Part shown: piece by piece, positions 28,539 to 42,347 of the stretch
Layout of the letters: every line of letters starts with the position of its first letter
Position numbering within the stretch: position 1 is the first letter of the stretch
NCBI RefSeq assembly: GCF_009914755.1
Contig: NC_060926.1
Strand: one strand, 5' to 3'
Source of the DNA: the human T2T-CHM13v2.0 reference genome, Homo sapiens
DNA length: 64,000 nucleotides
The notes under the pieces: model-generated
Told to the model about the DNA's origin: nothing
The model's database searches: none
What the model saw: the letters and a program-made list of their open reading frames with translations, nothing else
Position numbers and translations under genes: made by a program

Positions 28539-30888
28539 ATGTTTAACAATTCTGTCATAAATTGTGCGGAATGTCTACTTCCTAAATTGGAAAATGAAAT
28601 AATACAACATGGATAATTTAAAATTCATACACTGCCTATTTTTTTTAAAGATTAAAATGGTTTACAGTAAAAACATGGATCAATTATTTTTAAATAAAAA
28701 GGAAAATTCTGAAAACAACTAATAATGAAATGAAGAATAACAATTCCAAAACACTTCAGAGATGATGTCTATATGAAGAAAAGTATTAGGTTGGTGTAAA
28801 AGTACCTTCCATGGCAAAAACCTCAATTAAATAGTTTCCTCAGTAATTTCTAAGAAAAAGGAAAAAAAAGTCTTCAGGTCAAATGAGGGAGGGACATGTA
28901 AGGGACAGAAAAGTTTTATCTTTCCTTCCAATGCTTTTCAGTTCTTGGAAGGATTATACAAAATAGACACAAATAGTTAAACAGGGGGTTCCCAAACACT
29001 GTCCTGACCAATGTTACTTGTGCTGTCTCAGGGTTCCATGGTCAAGCACATTTGAGAAACATTTGTACAACATTCTGACAGCAAGCTGAACATTAACACC
29101 CTGAAGATTTTGAGAAGTTCTGGAGTAGAACCACCTGTTCGGCTCTGTGGAAACCAGAATTTTCCAAATTTGTTTGAAGATAGAATATTTCTGCATGATC
29201 CACAAATACAGGAGCTTACATAATATTTATCTCTGCTTCAGTACAGAGAGCAATTGCAGCATGCTTTCCTTCCTTTAAGCCCCGAGATTATTCTACCTTC
29301 ATGTCTTTCTATTCACCTTCCTCTCTGAAGTTCAGGGGTGGGACTGTGGGGGCATTGAATCCTTCTGTGCCTTGTGATGCCCACATTTACTAACAGTGAG
29401 CTGTCTCCTCCCATATTTGTCATTTTAAATTGCTAATAGAGCTTTCTCTGAGGATTTTTGATAGAGATTCCATCCTTCCATAGTTGCTTTGTTTCTGCCT
29501 GTGCCAGGCACCTCAGAAGTAATTAACAACCTGGTACTATTTTTAATGTTTGTTTCTATGCCTTGAAAGTCTGTGATGGTTCCTATCCAAGGCAGGTGGT
29601 GTAAATATTCATCTCAAATCCAAATGAAGCCTGGTGTAAAGTTTCAGATTATCAGGGATAATCCAGCTTCCTTGTTTTCTCCCTTTGCTAATGGGCAAAT
29701 TGTTTTTCCCAGTGCAGCATTCAACTGAAGATCTGTTTTTCCGCTGTTATGTGGAAGACCTGAATTCCAGATTTTTGGTTTACACATACCTCTGTTTTTC
29801 TTCCATCCATATGAGGGAACAAGTCTTTCTTGCCAACCTTTGCAAGTTTCCCTGTAGCCTTTAATTTTTTCCGCATATTCTGATCCCTGAAGATGTCCCT
29901 TACTTTCTTGTTCACTAAGCTAAGCATGTAAAATTGAGGACCAATGTACTGAGCCCCCTTTTATGAAGTCTGGCAATTCTGTGAGCATCCAGTCTGCATC
30001 AGTGCAGCACCCTGAGTTAGAGCTCTTTGTTAGGCATCATAGAACAGGAAGGACACAAATAGTGTCCCTGGCAACAAAGACTTCAGCTCCTCCCAGCTCA
30101 GGAGGCTTTCCCAGGACATGTCATATAGATTCGGCTCTGCACAGCTGTTCTAGAAATCTGAAAACCCTAAGTTGCACTGTTAACCCATCATCTTGTTAGC
30201 CCTGCCCAGGATGTCAAAGGGGGAAAGGAAATCAACATTTTTCTGCATTAAATGGTGACTTAAAGAAAGCTACCTCCATATTTGACCCTGTAAATCCATT
30301 AAAAACCTGGGGGCCTGCCAGAAAGTGCCTTTATGCTTGGCTCTGTATTAGCTTTCGTGACTTTCCTATAATGAATTGTAGCTTGCTTGAGTCATTAAGA
30401 AGATTCTGACAGGGAATCAGCTGGAATCTGCTGTTCTTTGAAGGACTCAATTTATCTATGATTCAGTGCTTAAGCAGTCAAAAGGCTTGAAGGGGTCAGT
30501 CAGGGAACATAGCTCATAACTCTTATAGGTGCATTGACTTTTAGTATATGCATTAGATAAACTTAAGACAAGAAAATAATTACTTTTCTTGCCACCTTTG
30601 CTCATTTGTTATTTAGCATTCCAGGCAAGGGTTAATTAAAAGCTTCTGTGTGTTGGCTCTGTGGCTGATCACAGGCCAAAATTAACAGATTGAAGCTGTA
30701 CTATTACAAGATTACATTATGTCTCTGTTAGAGATAGCAACCAATAAAACTGGATAGTGCTAAGTAATGCTAAGCTATTAACTTTTAACCTTATTATAGT
30801 TTTATATTCTGTATTTTCTAAATGTGTCTGAATGTCTTGTTTTACTTTAAAATATTTTGTAATTCCTGTTTCGTATTTTGCTTTTTAG

Positions 30889-30969
30889 CTTATTAATGTG
30901 GCTTTGGGTAAATGCATTTCCATTGAAAACACTACAGTCATTCTGGAAGACTGCGATGGGAGCAAAGAG
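30889..30969 (+). CDS. GALNT5: GALNT5 exon 8 (81 bp), lectin alpha subdomain
   Basis: TAG|...|GTATG; LINVALGKCISIENTTVILEDCDGSKE. Confidence 0.93.
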
Positions 30970-32637
30970 GTATGCTAAACTGTTTTCTATCTCATGGTAG
31001 CTGATAGGTGCAGGGTATGACACATTCATTGCTCAACTGAGAAATTCATCTTTGCCCAACAGAAAAATAATTTTCTAAATTTCTTTGTAAAAAGAGAGTC
31101 CATCACTAAACACAAAGACAGTGACTAAGGGAATAAAGGTGTGGGTCCGGCAGTCAACTCACTGGGTCCAGAATGAATCCAGTCCTGGCACCATCATTTG
31201 CAAAAGCGTGTTAACGTCTGCAGATTCCTTAACCTTTGGGTAAATGGTAGTGATAATCATGCCTACTTTTAGAACTGGTGTGAGGCTGGAGTTAGGTAAT
31301 ACATATGAAGCATGTAGAACAATACCTAATGCTTACTGCTCTGTAAATGTTTGCTGTAATAATAATAAAGATAAAAATGTAAAAAATGCATAACATAGAT
31401 AAAGATACTAAAGAGACAACATATTTCTAAATAATCATTCTAAGGAAGCAGTCTTATTGTCTGATTCCATTCTTCTTTCCCCTCATTTTCCCGCATTTTA
31501 AGGGAGTAATGGAAATAACCAAATCCATGATCCATGGTAGAAACTCCTATAGGAAAACTCCCCAAACTCAGAGCGCAATGGTTAGTAGAGGGAGTCGGGC
31601 CAGGAAGCAGGGAATAGAGACTCCTTCCACAGTGCTGGAGGTGAGCTCTGAGTGATTACACTTCCCTCTCTAACATACATTCCTTAACAGTTCTGTGTTT
31701 GTGGAAACAGTTATTGGTTTGAGTGGCAAATAGGACTCAGAGGAAAATGGATTCATGAATAGAAATCAGTTCCCAAAATTGCAGATTGTTCTTTGGTACA
31801 GAGATTATTTTGCAATGGTAATCTAGGCTTGTTAAGTCTTACATCTTTGCTTTGACTTCAAGATACTGTTTATATTTTTTGGTGCATCCCATCTCTACCT
31901 CTTAACTCAGAGCTACTACTAGAAGAAAAGGTATCTCTGTTGCTATATTTAGCTGTGAATTGTAAACCTGAAGCCAAGGCCACTCTTTTTTAATTAGGAA
32001 AGAAAGGAGTCAAAGGGAAGTGAAGAAGTGTTAAAACTCATTAAAAGAAATAACTTTCACTTACTAACAAAGAGGAAATAAAGTCATAAATTGTAAAAAC
32101 AAAACCACAATTATTTCACATTATATGAAAGGAAAGTATTAAATAATGCATTTTTTTTTTTTAGGAATCATCATAGCAGGGAGTTTTTGTGCCAGAGTAA
32201 CCAGCATTTTATCTGAAAACCCAAATTCTATTCTTGATGACCATTGAGTCTTTCTCAATTGGATGCTGAGAGGCAAAAGTATAAATTATGCAGCCTTCGA
32301 CTTCCACAAAGCCCCAGCTCCCTTTTAGTCTTTGTTGCTCATTTTTAGCTTCTGCCTCTTGTGGTTTGCTTGGGTAATAAAAAGTAAAGAAATGTGGAGG
32401 AAGTTAACTCATTTTCAGCAGAATTAATGAGGCTTAATACCAAGCCAGTGACTACAACATTCATCCAAAAAGGCTCAGAAAGAATAAGACCCTTAGATTG
32501 AATCATCAAGCTCTATCCCTTACCTTACCTAAAAAGTTTCCTTAGTTATTAACCTTTAAAGCGGTTGAAACGTATTTTTTCAAGGTAATATCTAGCTTCT
32601 CTTAGTAGCACATAACTTCCTTATATTATGCCATACT

Positions 32638-32800
32638 TCCATGCTTCCTACATGTTAATGTTCACGTGAATCACCTGGGGAGTTTGTTACACTGCAGATT
32701 CTGAATCAGTAGGTCGGTGATGTGGCTGAGACTCCGCACTTCTAAGTAGCTCCCAGCTGATGCGGATGTTGGTCCAAGGACCACCCTTCCAATGGCAAGG
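32638..32800. mobile_element. MER5-type hAT fossil
   Basis: GAATCACCTGGGGAG...CAGATTCTGAATCAGTAGGTC...GACCAC. Confidence 0.75.
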
Positions 32801-33705
32801 TCCAACACAATGACTTTGATCTAACCTGATAATCAAAGTTAAACTTCACTTACAATACAAATGATTCATTAGGTAAAGGCATTTAGATAGATTTTACCAG
32901 AAGCTTATTTTTTTCAAATATGTTTATATTAGTACAAAACAATAAATTTCCCACAGACCCAGAGCATTAGAGTAAATTGACCGGGTAGACAATAGTAGGT
33001 TGTAAACAACTGAAGAAAAATGTTTCAGAATTAAAAACATGGTTTCATTACCTGAATTGGTATTTATTTTAGACACTGGCAATTTCTCCAAGAGCAGTTT
33101 CTATGAACTGGGGGATGCCAACCTGGTAGCAACCTGATGATTCCTCATGCTAGTAGCAAAGAAGGACTTCCACCTTTCCTACAATCGGACAAAGCCTTTA
33201 TGATGGTTTTATACAAGGAAGCATAAAATCTCCACCCAAGAAATTTAGGGCTATGACTGGTATCTCCCTGTAGCCACCCGTGGCTTAGAACCTTAATCAT
33301 GTGGTAGACTGAACATTCCAATTCTTTAAGCACCAGGCTTGTCGGGATTCAGAACACTGAAATGACATCCATATGCAGACAGAATTAATTGCACTGAATA
33401 ATTTTTATTATTGTAACTAACATTTATTGAAGGCTTATTGTGTGCTAAACACTTGACAGTCATTACCCCAACCCTCTGAGATAGACACAATCGCTATCCA
33501 ACTTAAAAATAGTTAGAAAAATAAGATTAGACAGGGTAAATAATATGCCCATACTATCAGAATTACAAATGATAATACCAGGACTTGAATATAAAATGTC
33601 AGATCATAGTTCCTATATTCTTAACTGTTGTTAACAAAAATGTTTGACAAAGCCCCTGCCTGTGTTTGCTGCCTGAAGTGACCTCTTTATTCATTTCCCC
33701 CACAG

Positions 33706-33867
33706 CTTCAACAATTTAATTACACCTGGTTAAGACTTATTAAATGTGGAGAATGGTGTATAGCCCCCATCCCTGATAAAGGAGCCGTAAGGCTGCACCC
33801 TTGTGATAACAGAAACAAAGGGCTAAAATGGCTGCATAAATCAACATCAGTCTTTCATCCAGAACTG
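33706..33867 (+). CDS. GALNT5: GALNT5 exon 9 (162 bp), lectin beta subdomain
   Basis: CAG|...|GTAAG; [54 protein letters not shown]. Confidence 0.94.
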
Positions 33868-36347
33868 GTAAGCAAAAGATTGGTACCTCTTCTTTACCAC
33901 AAATTTGACTTTTGATCAAATAGGACATAAAATTCTCATTGTCACCTTCCTCAGTCAGAAGTTTTGTGTGTTTGTGACCATGGGATTATGTAAAAGTTCA
34001 TTCACAGAGATGCATGGATATCTTTCGGAAGTTGACAAGTCCTTTTTTTTTTTATTTTTCAAAATTTATTTCAAATGAGTTATTTTAAATAGAAATCACC
34101 AAGTTCTTCTAGTTGCATTGCTATCATTTGCTTCAGTCAATCAACAACACCGAAAGTCAGGCTTAAAGGCTAGAACTGGTCCCCACTGGTCATCAGTAAT
34201 GCTTATAAGGAGAGGATATGGGCAACACAGGAAGCAGCATGTCTCCTACAAGTCCTGCACTTTAGAGTGAATCTGGTTCCTCATTCTGCCCCCTTTCCAT
34301 AAGAGACTCTTCCCATCCCCTGTGGTACCCAGAAACCGGGGCTTCTAAGGGTCTGCTGGAGCCAACTCTCACCAGCTCGCTGGAGCCACTTGTGCACACC
34401 CTTGCCAGCTTTGCATTTAATCATACCACATTGGTAGCTGGAAACCGGCCATATTGGGAGTATTTATACCACAGAAATTGGAAGATGTTACTGGATCAGG
34501 GATACTTTTCTGAAGGTCCAGTTGTTCCATTTACCAGAACATTCCTGGTCTACTGTATTCATTCTCAAAGTCCTCTCCATTTGTCCCAATTACATTTTAA
34601 CAGAATACGGAGTCATAAGCCTTGGTGTAGGAGCTTGGGATTGGCGAGAATAGTCTCAGAATTGCCTTCTTAAATTTTCTACAATCTCTCCAGCAGGTAG
34701 CCACCAAATCTACTGTCTACAGTAAATATTTGGGTATTTGGAGACTCTCAGTTTGTCCTGGGCTATCCCCAAAGTAAGCACCTTTGCTTCCTTTAGGTGC
34801 CTCCGTTCCTTTTAACAACACAATGACTATTCTTTTCTCAACATTTTTCTTCCTGCTCAGAGCCAAAACTGGGGCCTGAGTAATGTATTCTCCAACATTT
34901 CTCCCATTAGATCTTCTCTGTTGTATTTCAATTCTTTCTGAACAGTTTTTTCTCTTTAGTAATAATGGTTATTATTGAGTTATTCAGAAAGATTAGGAAT
35001 TATTAGCATATATGCCACTAATTTTATTTTGCATAGTGTTAGGAAATCCATAAACATGCAGTGTAGTGAATAACTTACATCTTACCTTCTCCCTGTGCCA
35101 AAGTCAGGAGGGAGGGAAGGAGAAAGGGGGGGATGTGGTAAGGAGAGAGAGAGAGAGTGAGAGAGAGAGAATATGAATAAGAACGAGAACTAAAACACAT
35201 TCTTCATCTCCAGAATTGAATCTTGGGAAAGAGTTCAAGCATAGCAGTTTCTCTTAAGCGGTAAGCTGATTTGGTAAAGGAGGTAATTTAGTTAAGATAG
35301 CAAAAATTAGAAAGCCTTTTCCCTACCTTGTTTGTACCTATGACTTTGGAACATTTTACACAGCTGCCTTCTGTCTTGGGTTTCCCTTTTGATGTTACCA
35401 AATGTCCTGGAGATGAATAGCTTGGTGATCAGCTTTCTTCTTTTTTCAGTTTTTCAGTAGTTTTCATGCTATTGCTACTAGGTCTCCCATTATATGTAAG
35501 TCTTAAACAACAAGAGAAGTATAAAATGAGACTTCCTTACAAATCCTTGACAATACTCAAGCATCGTATTTCCAAAATCCTGCAAGGGTGACAATACTTT
35601 TGTAGCAGCAATCTTTAAAATAAATTATTATGAAAGTCACCCCTGTTTGATAACTTTTTAAAGTTTAAAAACAACATGTGTAATTAAGATTGTCTTTGTC
35701 ATAGTCATACGTAATTAAGAAAATTTATAGATGAAAAAATATATAAGCCATTAGTAAGGTCTATCTAATTTATCTACCATTTCTAGGATATTCACTAAAT
35801 ATTAAGCAATAATATAACTTTCTTTAATGCTGTTGACTTTTTCCTAATCTGGATTTTGGACATCAGTTATTATGAATTGTCAGAGATTATGGTAAGGAGC
35901 TCATAAATAAAATACATCACTTCCAGAATTTTGTAATCCAAACTCACAAAGACACCTACTTTAAAAATTAATTAACTTTTTGTTACGGTATGTATTCTTT
36001 CTTTACCATCAATGAAGTAGTTATCATCTATCAAATCCAATAAATGTCATCTGTAATGTTTTCTCTTTAAAGAGTATAGTTCTCAGCCATATCATCAAGA
36101 AATTTTTCTTTTGCCTCCTGAGGACTTAAAAGTCTTATAGCTTGGTGGAGGATGATTACTTAGTCTGAGACAGAGACAAATTTAATACTTTTCAAAGTCT
36201 GTGTTTATGTTAATAATTTAGTTCAGAAGAATTCTTAAAAATCAAAAATATAACTGCCTGTCCATTTTTTTAATTGATTTTCATTTCTTCATATTGCAGT
36301 TATCAAATTCAGCCTGTGGCTCATTCCCAGCTCTTCTTTCTCTCCAG

Positions 36348-36488
36348 GTGAATCACATTGTTTTTGAAAACAATCAGCAATTATTATGCTTGGAAGGAAA
36401 TTTTTCTCAAAAGATCCTGAAAGTAGCTGCCTGTGACCCAGTGAAGCCATATCAAAAGTGGAAATTTGAAAAATATTATGAAGCCTGA
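36348..36488 (+). CDS. GALNT5: GALNT5 exon 10 coding part, lectin gamma subdomain and stop
   Basis: CAG|[46 protein letters not shown]; QKW motif. Confidence 0.96.
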
Positions 36489-36519
36489 AGTGTAACTGAT
36501 GTTTTTATATAGTAAACCC

Positions 36520-36525
36520 ATTAAA
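36520..36525 (+). terminator. Candidate proximal GALNT5 poly(A) signal ATTAAA
   Basis: Variant hexamer about 30 nt after the stop codon. Confidence 0.35.
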
Positions 36526-38250
36526 TACTGTGAAAATAACACTGAACTTGGAAACTATATTTCTCAGCGGTAGTTTAAATTTTCAATTTTAATAACATTT
36601 GAATGGAAGATTTTTTATAAATCACAATATTTGGAATACCAAAAGATGACTCAGGAAAACAGTCCAACATTGGACTGAAGTCCTTCTTCGGAACTGGGTG
36701 GCCTTTGAATTGCCTGCTTTCCACCCTATGCTAGACCTCATCATGCAAATTTCCCTGTGAAAGCTAACAGGTAACTGGAAATGAAGACAGAAGGACTTGA
36801 GAAAGCATGAGGATATTCCCAATGACTATGTTTGGTAATAATCAGCTCTTCTGGCCCACAAGTAGGAATGATCAATGAGAACTTAACTTAGTCCTTTATT
36901 TGGGGATTTTTTCATCAAACAAAAATTTCTTGAGTTCTTATGGCTAGAAGACCTCAGATGCCCACAGCTGTCACGTTTGTGAAATCCCTCCAGACTACAT
37001 GCATGCTTACCTAACAGTTTGAAATAGTATTGATCTACTGCTGGTAACCCTGCTTGATGGCAGCATTTTGATCTAAATTACATAATGGTTTTTCCCAATC
37101 TGAATCAGTGGAAAAAAATTTAAGTGAGGAAGAAGAGGCCTTCAAATGCTTATTTAATTCTAGGTATGAACACTATTTCAGTTCATTTTGTGCTTTTAAA
37201 ACTACAGTTTTAAAGATTTATGATACCAATAACTTCCTAGATTCATGTGGATTTTTTTTAAGGCAATGAAAAAAGGCTGGATTATAACACACTGTAGTAA
37301 TCAAAAATGCATTTAAGCATTGAATGCACTCTAGTGCAGGGCCAAGTAAGAGGAGTTGAAATGAGTAAAGCAGAAATAGAGCTGCTGAAAGTTTCTTTTA
37401 TATAAAAATAATAAAATACTACTTTAGATATAGTAGCATTCACAGGGATGAAATATGCGAAAAATGGGTTCTAAAATATTTCAAAGGGAAAATGAAGTGA
37501 AGGAAACATCATGAAAGGGGAAAGGAATGAGGTAAACAAGTCTTAGGAAGAGAGTTAAGAAAAAATTCCGCTGGACTTGGCCAAAGAAAGAAGGGGATCT
37601 AGTATCTCTATGAAGGAAAAAAGAGTAAAGCCCTCAGTGTGAACCCAGTGAGAACACTGACAAATTTGGGAAAAGTTAAATACTGATTTCATCCAAATAA
37701 AGCCTCTAATCTTAAGCATACCAATACTTTGGCATACCAGAAGACACCTTAGAAATCAGGATAGCCTTTGCATTCATTTTGGTAAGAAAACTGATGCTGA
37801 GAGGATAAATTACCTAAAAATCTTAAAACCCAGGCAAGTTAGTCAAAGAATCAAGATTAGAATTCAGGTTTCCAGAGACAGGGCTCATTCTAATGCCTCA
37901 GGTCACTGGCCCGAACAAATCTGCTTCACAGAATTCCTTAGAAAGAGATACACAATTCTTTGCTGGGATTGGGTCCCTGGAGGACAACCATACTATATTC
38001 TTGTTAATATGTTTTTTCTTTTTTTAAATTTAAACTTTTGTTCAGTTGAGATGATTGTGAAACTAGGTATCTTTCATTCTGACTCCTAGTTTAACATTTA
38101 ATTTTGACTCCCAATGAGTTACGTAAAAGCAAAACTATAACTAAGAATGGGAAAAAGAACTATTTCTGCACATTTGTAACATATTTAAGATGTTTTCTTC
38201 ATATAATTGAAAACTGCAGATGAGTAAGAGAATGACTAGGAAATGAGATA

Positions 38251-38591
38251 CAGTTATATGACACATAATGATGTTTTAGTCAACAATGAACCACATATTT
38301 GACATTGGTCCCAAAAGATTATATTAATAATATGGTATCTTTAGTGTGCTTTTCTATGTTTAGACACACAAATACTCACCATGATGTTACAATAGCCTAC
38401 AGTGTTCAATACAGTAACATGCACAAGTTTGTAACCTAGGAGCAACAGGGATTCCATATAGCCTAGGTGTGTAGTAGGCTACCTACACCATCTAGGTTTG
38501 TGTAAGTACACTCTGATATTCACACAATGATGAAATTGCCTAATGACACATTTCTCAGAATGTATTTGTGTTATTAAATGATGCATGACTC
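38251..38591. mobile_element. Tigger3/Golem-type TcMar DNA transposon fossil
   Basis: Degenerate TIRs CAGTTATATGACACATAA / TTAAATGATGCATGACTC, flanked by TA. Confidence 0.78.
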
Positions 38592-39937
38592 TAATTCTTT
38601 TCAAAACAGAGCCATATGGGGCAAGGGGGATGGGGGGACGCAAGTCAGTTGTCAAAAGACTAATTGAGTTACTGACAAACTGAACATGCTAGGTGCCTCA
38701 TGTAATTCTTCATGTAACTAAAAAATGTTGAGAGGTTTTTTTCCCCCGGGTATATAGGCTCTCTTTTTATCCGAAAATAGTTTCCACAAAGAAGTCAACT
38801 CTGTTCTGAAAAAAAATGAATTGCATTTTGAATACACTTATCTTTGGGTATATCAACTAAAGGAAGTTGGATTTTTTTCCTTAACAGAAACTTCTGCAGT
38901 CCTCTCAGTTCACATCCTTTCTGACTTTACCCTGACAAACTTATTATATAAAGCTATATTTAAATCTATATTGTCAATATAACAAAGGATTGTTTTTGAA
39001 CATCACAAATTTGTTCTTGGATAGAATTTTATACATTGCTTTTCATCATATATTTGCTCAGTTACTCTAAGAAGCAAGGAACTGATCACTAGTTGGGAAT
39101 CTATATGGGCCTAAACTTGAGTGTATTGATTTATTATTACATCTACTACCAACATTTTCTTAAGCATAGCCTTCTAAATTTTTTCAGGAGATTAGAATAA
39201 AGGTATACATGCTACTCGGTCTTCTGGTAATTCTAGTGATAAACCTTTGGATGAGACAGGTCCTAATCAGCACTGAATTCTTCAATAGGAGGCTGTGTTA
39301 CAGGAGCTACAGATTTTTCCCTGGATTAGCTTAGGTCATTGCCTTTACTTTAAAAAAAAAAAAAAAAAGTCTATGCATCTTGTTACCTTGAATACAAGGG
39401 TGGTCTTGATAATATTTGACAGCACTAACCAACTTACCAAGCCATCTAAGTGCTTCTGAGACTTTTCAGTTTGCACAATTTCTTTCTCCTTTTCAACAGT
39501 TACCCAGCGCTTCTGCCCTACTCTCTTGTAAGCTGACACAGTTGTTGTTGGTACAATCTTGTTCTATCACCAGCATCAAATTTGCTTAATACTGCTTGTT
39601 GACATCCCCTCAGCTGTCATTCACAGCAAACCACCATGTGCCATGATCACAATGTATTATTAGCTTCGCCACACTAATTTGGAAACATTCTTTTAGATAT
39701 TAAAACACCTTACTTCTAGTATTAGTTTGGGACTGCAGAGGGGCAAAGATACCATTTACAGTATATAGGAGTCCAATATTCCCAACCAACCTTGATTTCA
39801 TGAATGGCTTGTAATTATTTCTAGCAGGCACTCATGCAATAGAATAAGATTGAAACATGCCAGAGAGTACCATCTTTCTTTGTTTTAACATCTCTGATTG
39901 AATTCCTATATTCAGAATACAAGAAAAAAAATTTACC

Positions 39938-40235
<298 letters not shown>

Positions 40236-40891
40236 TTTTTACCTCAGAAGAAAGCCCCAAAATCTTGGATTAAAACAAAAAAATGACATTGGGTGATGGG
40301 AAAAAAGAAAGGAACTAATTATCATTGAGTGTGTGTAGGTACTATTTGTGTAGGTGCTATATGTGTCCCATCTCACTGATGGGTACAACTCATCAAATGA
40401 CTCTCATTCTCCCTGTTATATGAACAAGAAGGATAACTCCCACATACAGATGAGGAATTTGGTAAATTGCCCAAGGTCATCCCACAAGTAAGAGATAAAA
40501 CCCAGTTTCCATTTTATCTGGCTCAAAAAAAATTTCTCTCACTATACCATGCTGCTATATAATTAATTTTCTTCTTTACAAAGGGCTGTCATCTCAGGTG
40601 GGTGCATTTAAAAGTTTCTTGGTCTCAGATTACTGATGCCACAGTATTGAGATGAGATTGAATTAAACCCCTTTGGCCTCTTTTGGATGTTGTATAAACA
40701 GAAAAAAGAAGCATGGTCTCTCTCTCTCTGTGGTAACCAATTGATGTGTAGGTATAAACATGGCTACCCCCACATGTTTTGCTGTGATCTATCTCTTTGA
40801 CTTCATGCAGAACCTATTCTTTTTCATCTCCTGGACCAAATGTGAAAGAAAGAAGTGGACATGTGGAGGATTCTTTCTCTGTGAATAATAT

Positions 40892-41542
40892 TGAAAAAGC
40901 TCCATTTTCTGGGGAAATACCCATGGTTCATTGTCTGATGCCAAGAAAGAATTCAGGACACAGACACACATGAGGAGTGGGTTTAGGAGTGGAAAGTTTA
41001 ATAGATAAAGAAGAGAGTGAGAAAGCTTCCTCATGTTGAGAAAGACAGTTGCTCAAGAGAGGGTTTTCTGGGTTTGGGGCAAGATTTGATTGATTTCATA
41101 CAGAGGCTTGAGGAGGCGGTGATTGATATACATAGGGCCCGGGGATTGGTTTAACCAGGTATACTACTTACATAGCCGGTGAAAAGACTGGCCCTCCCAC
41201 CCTAACCTTTTATTATGCAAATGCATCTTCTACCTGGCTGTCACCATGACATTTGCACACGTGGCTTCACTTCACCAGTGCCATGTCACCCACACACCTG
41301 GTGACAAGGAAAAGGGAGCAGGAATCACCATATTGAATGTGCCTGGCTTCCAGGTACAGCTGCTAGCTTTACATATGGGAGCCTCTAGCTTGCATATCTA
41401 TACTTGCAACTTGACTTTTCAGGCTGCTTTTTGTTAGAAAATAAGTGGCTTGGGGGCTGCTTTTTATTAAAGGAAAAATCCACCGAGAACTATTTTACCC
41501 TTTCTAATGGCCTAAAATAAATTTTTAATGACTCCTGTATTA
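40892..41542 (-). mobile_element. ERV1 solo LTR, MER61 family
   Basis: Reverse complement starts TAATACAGGAG...ATTATTTTAGGC...AATAAAAAGCAGCCCCCAAG; 4-bp TSD ATAT. Confidence 0.8.
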
Positions 41543-42306
41543 ATATTACCAACCCTTGATCCCTCCAACCTTTAATCAAAGCTAGCAGATTGCTCATCTT
41601 GAACAGAAATAAAAAGTTAAAAAGTTGGAGTCCTTTAAAACACAAACCATGACTTTTTATTCCTACTCATTGTGTAGGTTGTCACTACTGTGCTTTTGCA
41701 ACAACTTTTGCATGGGTTACTCAATAGTTGCTACAAGACAAAATGCCTTACAATTAGAAAAAAAAATTAACCAGAGATATTGTACAAAATATTTATTTTT
41801 TGACAGTTTTGAATAAGCCATATAAAGTATTATATATCCCTAATGAAGCTTAATGGATAGTATTCCAGGTGTTGGTGGTGTCTGTATCTCAAAGAAAGAA
41901 AAAAATAACATCACACTAAACAGATTTAATGCCTCTGTTTTCAACCTAATGGAACAATAGTTATCATTTCAATTAGAGTCGCTTTGCAAGTTTATGTGAA
42001 TCTTTGCTTTGTAAAAACACATACAAAACACAAGGGAAAATTCTCATTTTCCAGCAAATACAGCAACTTCTAATATGCTGTTTCTAATAATGAGTCACCA
42101 TCAAATAAGTAATAAATATTTTTTTCAAAAACAAGAGCTTTCTGTTTTATTATTGATTGACAGATATTTACCAGTTTAAGGATATTGGTCATAAGCATCT
42201 ATATAATAAACCCTTTATATTAGATGTTAAATTAAAATTTTTCATAGCATGAATAGATTTTTAAGTGACCACTCAAAAACATAGCAATTTTTGTAAATAT
42301 ACTGTA

Positions 42307-42347
<41 letters not shown>

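Noticed and set aside
36486-36512. GALNT5 stop-codon readthrough
   Set aside because: The context TGA-AGT is not the TGA-CTAG motif, and the extension would be only 7 codons
38617-38637. G-rich run as a G-quadruplex
   Set aside because: Only three G-tracts
39352-39368. A-tract as a retrocopy tail or transcript end
   Set aside because: No TSD or parent sequence recognised; likely to cause oligo-dT internal-priming artefacts
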